Below are positions 58,712 to 64,000 of a stretch of DNA of 64,000 nt, piece after piece. The translations under genes were made by a program, and so were the position numbers. Numbering within the stretch: the stretch's first letter is position 1; each line of letters opens with the position of its first letter. A model generated the notes under the pieces. It was not told the origin of the DNA. It ran no database searches and saw nothing but the letters and a program-made list of their open reading frames with translations. Source of the DNA: Archaeoglobaceae archaeon (GTDB taxonomy: Archaea; Halobacteriota; Archaeoglobi; Archaeoglobales; Archaeoglobaceae). Location: contig JAWAQR010000002.1 of NCBI GenBank assembly GCA_038893835.1, positions 2,632 through 66,631 on the forward strand, in the 5' to 3' direction.

Positions 58712-59304
58712 AAATCCGATAGCGTTTTTTGTCTTTTCTTTATCAGAGAACCTATCTTCCTGAAATTCTCCACATACTCATCTCTGAGCTGTGGTCTGTA
58801 AAGAACTGCTGCTGGATGATAAAGAGGGATTATTTTAACTTTTTTCTCCCAAGCGTCTATCTCAAAGATTTTCCCTTGTAGCTTTGTGATCGAAGTAAAC
58901 TGGAGCCCAAATGTCCTGAATATGAATTCCGTCGAATATCTTCCAAGACATATTATAATATTTGGTTTTATAATTTCTAGTTGTCTCAAAAGATATTCGC
59001 CACATGCCTCTATTTCCTCTGGCAATGGATCTCGATTGTTGGGCGGTCTGCATTTTAAAACATTGGATATGAAAACCTCATCCCTCCTAAGACCGATCGC
59101 ATTTATCATTTCAGAAAGCAATTTTCCAGCACTTCCGACAAATGGTTCCCCCCTTATGTCTTCCTCCCTTCCAGGAGCTTCTCCGATGAATACTATCTCA
59201 GCTTTCTCATTTCCACTACCGACGACATATCTCGTCTTCGTTTTATGCAGTTCACACTTTTTGCACTGTAGTATTTCTTGTGCTACTTCTTCCAGAGTTT
59301 CCAT
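58708..59304 (-). CDS. udg: family 4 (thermostable, Fe-S) uracil-DNA glycosylase
   Basis: 198 aa with CKKCELH, GEAPGREED, GEPFVGSAG and HPAAVLY motifs. Confidence 0.9.
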   Translation of the reverse strand: METLEEVAQEILQCKKCELHKTKTRYVVGSGNEKAEIVFIGEAPGREEDIRGEPFVGSAGKLLSEMINAIGLRRDEVFISNVLKCRPPNNRDPLPEEIEACGEYLLRQLEIIKPNIIICLGRYSTEFIFRTFGLQFTSITKLQGKIFEIDAWEKKVKIIPLYHPAAVLYRPQLRDEYVENFRKIGSLIKKRQKTLSDF

Positions 59305-59381
59305 GCCTAAAATTCTGCAACAATTTTAAATTTTCGATGTGATGGCGAAAAATTTTTTACAATCTCTGCAACTTTCGAGAG

Positions 59382-60260
59382 ATGTTAAAGTTGAGAGTGT
59401 TGAAGCCATTCGATCCATGGAAATCCAAACTCTGTACCTGTGGAAGTAAATTGTCCTTTAATCCATACACTGGCTGCTCACACAGATGTGATTATTGTTA
59501 TGCAACCTATATTCCAAGATTTTGGGAAGTTAGGGAGAAAAAAGATCTTCTACACAAATTAGAAAAAGATCTCGCAGAAATTGGGGATAAGGAGATAATA
59601 TCGATGTCAAACAGCTCCGATCCATATCCAGTAGTGGAGAAGGAAAAGGAGATTACGAGAAAAAGTTTGAAATTGTTCAAAGAGTATAACGCTAGACTTT
59701 TGATAATAACGAAGAGCGATATAATCTTAAGAGATCTAGACCTGTTATCGGAAATAGATTGTGTTGTCTGTTTAACAATAACTGGCTGTGATAGGCTCGA
59801 AAAGTTTGCTCCGTCAACGGAAAGAAGGATTGAGGTCTTCAAAGAACTAAGCGAGGTATTGCCAACAGTTTTAAGATTTGATCCAATAATCCCTTTCCTG
59901 AACGATTCAAAGCTTGAAATCATCGAGATTTGCAATCCAGAGCATGTGGTTACTTCAACACTTAAACTGAGATTTGATTCGTACAGAAGGATAACCCAAA
60001 CAATACCTCAGCTAAAAGAAGTGCTGAAAATGCTATATTTCGAGAAAGGGGAAAAAATTGGCAATTATTATTACTTAAATAGGGAGCTAAGAATTCAGCT
60101 GCTGAGAAGAGTGGAGAATTTTTGTGAATCTTTAGGGATAAGTTGTGGATTTTGTAGAGAAGGAATAAATTTCAAAGCCAAGAGCTGTGACGGGAGACAT
60201 TTGAGCAGTAGTTTTAAAAATACGAGCAAGAGTTGTATCGGGGGATGGAATGTTGTCTAA
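59382..60260 (+). CDS. radical SAM protein, SplB-like / 'DNA repair photolyase' (COG1533) family
   Basis: 292 aa with CSHRCDYCY (CxxxCxxC) after the conserved NPYTGC lead-in. Confidence 0.8.
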   Translation: MLKLRVLKPFDPWKSKLCTCGSKLSFNPYTGCSHRCDYCYATYIPRFWEVREKKDLLHKLEKDLAEIGDKEIISMSNSSDPYPVVEKEKEITRKSLKLFKEYNARLLIITKSDIILRDLDLLSEIDCVVCLTITGCDRLEKFAPSTERRIEVFKELSEVLPTVLRFDPIIPFLNDSKLEIIEICNPEHVVTSTLKLRFDSYRRITQTIPQLKEVLKMLYFEKGEKIGNYYYLNRELRIQLLRRVENFCESLGISCGFCREGINFKAKSCDGRHLSSSFKNTSKSCIGGWNVV

Positions 60261-60702
60261 ACTGTTTCTCCACGAGAGAGCTGTAGCAATACTCCTAGCA
60301 ATCCTTTCATATGAGGAGAAAGGAGAAAGAATTTATCCCCTTCAGATTTCAAATCTCCTGAAATCACCCTACAGTTATGTTTCCAAAGTTCTTAACGAGT
60401 TTGAAAAAAATTGCATAATAGAGAGCAAGCTAGAGGGGAGAACTAGAGCTATAAAGCTTACAAAACACGGAAAAAAGATTGCGACGGCTTTAAAGGAAGT
60501 AAAGAAACTACTGGATAGGGATATAATTGCAGAAACTAAGCTCGAATTCCTAAAGAAAATTTTTGAAAATGGACAAAAAGATTTCTATTCCCTTGCACCA
60601 ATCTTGGCGGAGCTGGAATTACTCATGAACGCTACGAAGGATGAATACGTGATTGAAGAAATAAAGAATTTGAAAAGGAGATTGGAGGAAGTGATATGCT
60701 GA
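60250..60702 (+). CDS. winged-helix (ArsR/MarR-like) transcriptional regulator
   Basis: 150 aa. The wHTH core is LQISNLLKSPYSYVSKVLNEFEKNCIIESKLEGRTRAIKLTKHG, with a helical C-terminal extension. Confidence 0.6.
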   Translation: MLSKLFLHERAVAILLAILSYEEKGERIYPLQISNLLKSPYSYVSKVLNEFEKNCIIESKLEGRTRAIKLTKHGKKIATALKEVKKLLDRDIIAETKLEFLKKIFENGQKDFYSLAPILAELELLMNATKDEYVIEEIKNLKRRLEEVIC

Positions 60703-61889
60703 AGGAGATAGAGCGTAAAAAAAATGAAATGGTTCAGCTTCTTTCAAAGCTGATAGAAATAAAGGCTATTTCTCCAGATTTTGGTGGAGAAGGGGAAGAG
60801 AAAAAGGCTGAAGTTCTGATGAATTACCTAGATGAATTCGACTACGTTGAGAGATTTGATGCAATCGATGAAAGAGTTGGAAAAAGGCCAAACATTGTTG
60901 CAAAAATAAAAGGGGCTGTAGACAGAACTATATGGATTGTTTCTCACCTGGACGTCGTCCCTGCTGGGGATGAAAAGCTTTGGAAATCTCCCCCATTCAA
61001 AGCTGTTTTTGAAGGTGGTAGAATTTACGGAAGAGGTAGCGAGGACAATGGACAGGGAATAGTTTCATCTCTCTTTGCTGGAAAGGCAATAATAGAGTCT
61101 GGATTAAAACCAAAGTACAACTTTGGTCTTGTATTTGTTTCAGATGAGGAAAGTGGAAGTAATTTTGGAATAAAACACCTGCTGAAGAAAGATGTTTTTT
61201 CGAAGAACGATATGTTTGTAGTCCCTGATGTTGGTTCACAAAAAGGGGATGCCATAGAAATCGCGGAAAAGAGCATTCTTTGGTTAAAGTTTGAAATTTA
61301 CGGAAAGCAGACACATGCAAGTACGCCTGTGATGAACGCTTCGAGAAGGGCGATGAAGTTCATTTTGGATCTGGATGAAAAACTTCATACGAAGTTCAAT
61401 GCAAGAGATGAGCTTTTTAATCCACCTTACTCAACATTTGAGCCCACAAAGAGGGAAAAGAACGTTGATAACATAAATACGATTCCTGGAATCGATATAA
61501 GTTACATGGATTGTCGCATATTGCCGGAGTATAGGCTTGAAGACGTAATCGATTATATAGAGAGCGTTAAGAAATTCCACGAGATCAGAGACAACGAAAA
61601 GATAAATGTAGAAGTGATTCACAGCTTTAGCTCTCCAAAGACTCCTGAAAATTCTGAGATTGCTTTGAGACTTTCAAAAACCATAGAGATGATTAGGGGT
61701 ATAAAAACCAGGTTCATAGGGATTGGAGGAAATACCTGCGCCTCTTTCCTTAGACATGCTGGTTTCAAAGAAACCGTTGCCTGGTGCACTGCAGATGGGA
61801 CTGCGCATAAGCCAAACGAGTACTGTGTTGTAGACAACATGGTGGAGGATGCAAAGGTTTTCTTCATGCTGTTCTTTGATCCAAAATGA
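60696..61889 (+). CDS. M20-family metallohydrolase (ArgE/DapE/LysK-like deacylase)
   Basis: 397 aa with SHLDVVPAG, RGSEDNGQG and FVSDEESGS metal-ligand motifs. Confidence 0.85.
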   Translation: MLKEIERKKNEMVQLLSKLIEIKAISPDFGGEGEEKKAEVLMNYLDEFDYVERFDAIDERVGKRPNIVAKIKGAVDRTIWIVSHLDVVPAGDEKLWKSPPFKAVFEGGRIYGRGSEDNGQGIVSSLFAGKAIIESGLKPKYNFGLVFVSDEESGSNFGIKHLLKKDVFSKNDMFVVPDVGSQKGDAIEIAEKSILWLKFEIYGKQTHASTPVMNASRRAMKFILDLDEKLHTKFNARDELFNPPYSTFEPTKREKNVDNINTIPGIDISYMDCRILPEYRLEDVIDYIESVKKFHEIRDNEKINVEVIHSFSSPKTPENSEIALRLSKTIEMIRGIKTRFIGIGGNTCASFLRHAGFKETVAWCTADGTAHKPNEYCVVDNMVEDAKVFFMLFFDPK

Positions 61890-61929
61890 TCTCACAATCT
61901 TTATAAGTCCAAAGCCCCATTCAATTCAA

Positions 61930-62004
61930 GGGCCCGTGGCTCAGCCAGGATAGAGCGACGGCCTTCTAAGCCGTAGATCGCGGGTTCAAATCCCGCCGGG
62001 TCCG
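61930..62004 (+). tRNA. tRNA-Arg (anticodon TCT)
   Basis: GGGCCCG-TG-GCTC..GAGC-G-ACGGC-CTTCTAA-GCCGT-AGATC-GCGGG-TTCAAAT-CCCGC-CGGGTCC-G. TATA-like CTTTATAAG lies about 25 nt upstream. Confidence 0.9.
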
Positions 62005-62005
62005 C

Positions 62006-62010
62006 TTTTT
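62006..62010 (+). terminator. oligo-T terminator after tRNA-Arg(TCT)
   Basis: A T5 run lies one nucleotide after the tRNA 3' end. Confidence 0.4.
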
Positions 62011-62173
62011 ACTTAGTATTTGGGTTTGTTTCAACCAGAAACTTCTGAACTTTATTTCTGGAGTCTAGAGTATCAAAATCAAAAGTTCCTTTAACGTTGG
62101 GCATTCATTGCTCTCAAATGAAAAACTCAGAAAGATTTATATATTTTTATGCTTGAAAAATAATGGTGATTGT

Positions 62174-62698
62174 ATGGCGCTTAGTGAAAGAATTCTTAAA
62201 GAGCTGAACGTTCAGCTGAACAGGGAGATTTACTCAGCCTATCTATATCTTTCAATGGCAGCATATTTCGAATCCATAGGTCTCAAAGGTTTTGCAAACT
62301 GGATGAAGGTACAATGGCAGGAAGAACTGATGCATGCGATGAAGTTCTTTGAATACATCACAAACCGAGGAGGAAGGGTTGAGTTATATTCAATCGAAGA
62401 GCCGCCAAAAGATTGGAAATCCCCTCTCCACGTTTTTGAATTTGCATTGGAGCATGAAAAAAATGTCACTAAGAGAATTTCAAACCTAGTGGAGCTGGCG
62501 ATTGATGAGAAGGATCATGCAACATTCAACATGCTCCAGTGGTTCGTTAATGAGCAGATTGAAGAGGAAAAGAGTTTTGAAGAAATCGTTTCCAAACTGA
62601 AGTTAGCTGGTGAAGATACGAGGGCCTTGCTTTTCCTAGATGTAGAATTTGGAAAAAGGAGAATGAGGGTAGAAAATGAACCTCCAAGCACTGTATAA
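62174..62698 (+). CDS. ftn: non-heme ferritin
   Basis: From the internal Met 62174: MALSERILKELNVQLNREIYSAYLYLSMAAYFESIGLKGFANWMKVQWQEELMHAMKFFEY..., which carries the ferroxidase-centre residues and is close to the Archaeoglobus fulgidus ferritin as I recall it. Confidence 0.9.
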   Translation: MALSERILKELNVQLNREIYSAYLYLSMAAYFESIGLKGFANWMKVQWQEELMHAMKFFEYITNRGGRVELYSIEEPPKDWKSPLHVFEFALEHEKNVTKRISNLVELAIDEKDHATFNMLQWFVNEQIEEEKSFEEIVSKLKLAGEDTRALLFLDVEFGKRRMRVENEPPSTV

Positions 62699-63182
62699 GA
62701 TTAGCTATGGTCTATACATAGTTTCATCCGTGAAAAACGGTAAATTTGCTGGACAGATAGCGAATACTGTTTTTCAAGTTACTTCTGAACCTCCAAAAAT
62801 AGCTGTATGTTTGAACAAGAAGAACACCACTCACGAATTCGTAAAAGATTCAAAAGTTTTTTCTGTAAGCATTCTTGAGAAAGATACTCCCCTACAGTTA
62901 ATAGGAAGATTTGGTTTCAGGAGTAGCAAGGATTTCAACAAGTTTGAGGGTTTAAACTTAAGAATTGGAAAAACTGGAGCCCCAATTGTGTTGGATCATT
63001 CAGTCGCCTTTTTGGAGGCTAGAGTTGTGAATGATTTCGACGTTGGAAGTCATACACTATTCATCGGAGAGCTCGTGGATGCGGAAATTCTCAAGGATGC
63101 GGAACTTATGACTTATGAGTATTACCACTTTGTGAAAAAGGGAAAGGCTCCAAAAACAGCAACTGTCTATCTGGAGAAATGA
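62676..63182 (+). CDS. flavin reductase-domain protein, ferric reductase (FeR) type
   Basis: 168 aa: LYKISYGLYIVSS...GQIANTVFQVTSEPPKIAVCLNKKN...GSHTLFIGELVDAEILKD. Colinear with the A. fulgidus NAD(P)H:Fe(III) reductase as I recall it. Overlaps the ferritin 3' end by 23 nt. Confidence 0.8.
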   Translation: MNLQALYKISYGLYIVSSVKNGKFAGQIANTVFQVTSEPPKIAVCLNKKNTTHEFVKDSKVFSVSILEKDTPLQLIGRFGFRSSKDFNKFEGLNLRIGKTGAPIVLDHSVAFLEARVVNDFDVGSHTLFIGELVDAEILKDAELMTYEYYHFVKKGKAPKTATVYLEK

Positions 63183-63319
63183 AGGCTGAAGAGATTCTAA
63201 GAAAAGCCCTATAATTGGAAATGAAAGCGATTGAAACCTATAGCATGATAAAAAAAGATGCTTCTCCCGAAATAGTCGACATCTTAGATCATCTCATGCA
63301 GGAGAGGGAGAATATATAA
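63179..63319 (+). pseudogene. short ferritin-like/rubrerythrin-like helix fragment with an in-frame TAA
   Basis: MKAEEILRKAL-TAA-LEMKAIETYSMIKKDASPEIVDILDHLMQERENI*. ATGA overlap with the FeR stop. It resembles the first helix pair of COG1633-type ferritin-like proteins, but is only about 46 codons long and is interrupted. Confidence 0.3.
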
Positions 63320-63480
63320 AGACTTTGGCATTCTTTTAACCGGTAAATAGCCTTCCCAAATTTTTAAAGAGTGGTATGCGACTGAAACAAATTATATAAC
63401 AATTGCGGCGGCTGTTAAAGTGGGTCTTTCTGTTCATTTCAAACTCCCTTCTTTTCCATTTCGATTTTGTTTGAATTCTC

Positions 63481-63621
63481 CTAGTTATCTCCTCTATATT
63501 TCCCGAAGACAAATTTTTTATCTTCAACAGGTTTTTCTGTTGGAATCACGAACACGAGTGATTTATACTTACCAACAATTATATCACCTTCTGAAAATAC
63601 CTCAGTATAATCAAAGGCCAT
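63481..63621 (-). CDS. possible small ORF (46 aa)
   Basis: MAFDYTEVFSEGDIIVGKYKSLVFVIPTEKPVEDKKFVFGKYRGDN*, below the ORF-track cutoff. The composition is coding-like, but there is no other support. Confidence 0.2.
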   Translation of the reverse strand: MAFDYTEVFSEGDIIVGKYKSLVFVIPTEKPVEDKKFVFGKYRGDN

Positions 63622-63845
63622 GAAAACATCAAAATCAAAAATTTTATTATGAATCTTATATATTTTATTTTTATAAGATAAATTTTGAATTAATTTTATC
63701 CCCTAATTACTTTGCTTTATCATTTTTATATATAGAATTTTTTTCCAGAAATAAAATTCCACAGCCTTCAAAACGAAAATCGAGCAATCCAGAAAAGCGG
63801 GAATTCAACGATAGCCTTTTATACATCTCCAATCCTCGAAAAAAA

Positions 63846-63918
63846 TGGGCTCGGCCGGATTCGAACCGGCGATCTCCGCCGTGTAAGGGCGGTGTCATAA
63901 CCGCTAGACCACGAGCCC
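63846..63918 (-). tRNA. tRNA-Val (anticodon TAC)
   Basis: The reverse complement is GGGCTCG-TG-GTCT..TGAC-A-CCGCC-CTTACAC-GGCGG-AGATC-GCCGG-TTCGAAT-CCGGC-CGAGCCC-A. A T6 run follows on the minus strand. Confidence 0.9.
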
Positions 63919-63942
63919 TAAAAAATTGTTGAGGCTGGAAAT

Positions 63943-64000
63943 TTAAGTATTTTGTTTCAAAGCCTTGACAACTTCTACTATTTTTGGCAATATCTCTCCC
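63943..64000 (-). CDS. 3' end of an unidentified gene continuing beyond the window end
   Basis: The open minus-strand frame ...GEILPKIVEVVKALKQNT* reaches the window edge. It is too short to classify. Confidence 0.3.
   Translation of the reverse strand, partial: GEILPKIVEVVKALKQNT

Noticed and set aside
62030-62060. Hairpin CCAGAAA-N13-TTTCTGG downstream of tRNA-Arg(TCT)
   Set aside because: It has a short 7-bp AT-rich stem, which is likely marginal at hyperthermophilic temperatures. There is no supporting context.
63336-63623. Two overlapping 63-67-aa ORFs on opposite strands in the ferritin-tRNA-Val gap
   Set aside because: Both have Arg/Ser/Phe-rich, low-complexity translations with no motif and overlap each other. 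Only a shorter 46-aa minus-strand ORF looks vaguely protein-like, and it is listed at very low confidence.
63707-63898. 63-aa minus-strand ORF
   Set aside because: Its N-terminal part is simply tRNA-Val read as protein (MTPPLHGGDRRFESGRAH...), so it is spurious.

Overview
This is a chromosomal segment of a hyperthermophilic euryarchaeon, most likely an Archaeoglobus-like member of the Archaeoglobales. Evidence for that placement: AT-rich coding DNA (about 40% GC by eye) contrasts with very GC-rich rRNA and tRNA genes. The window carries Ftr and beta-RFAP synthase (methanopterin C1 pathway), QmoABC (dissimilatory sulfate-reduction electron module), an FeR-type ferric reductase next to ferritin, and archaeal information-processing genes (FtsZ-SecE-Spt5-L11, Nop5-fibrillarin). 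About 70 protein genes are packed tightly, often with ATGA or TTGA overlaps. There is one 16S-23S rRNA operon with no spacer tRNA and no linked 5S, and there are four intron-less tRNAs. Metabolic content is dominated by acyl-CoA chemistry: a B12-dependent methylmalonyl-CoA mutase operon with MeaB, a PduO-type adenosyltransferase and thiolase; two AMP-forming acyl-CoA/acetyl-CoA synthetases; a crotonase; two PaaK-type aryl-CoA ligases; and a class III PHA synthase pair. I found no CRISPR array, transposase, integrase or recognisable defence system. The points most worth a second look are: (1) a decayed ferritin-like/encapsulin fusion gene in which only the ferritin-like cargo domain survives as an intact ORF; (2) two sharply bounded identical or near-identical nucleotide tracts between paralog pairs (qmoA/qmoB and paaK/paaK), which look like short-patch gene conversion; (3) an 18-bp perfect palindrome built from iron-box-like half-sites over the feoA start; (4) phaEC in a hyperthermophile; (5) a GPN-loop GTPase with a GIN loop, translationally coupled to membrane and coiled-coil proteins; (6) several unannotatable gene remnants in 'intergenic' DNA, some of them near tRNA genes. 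All functional calls rest on motif and family recognition by eye, since no database search was possible.
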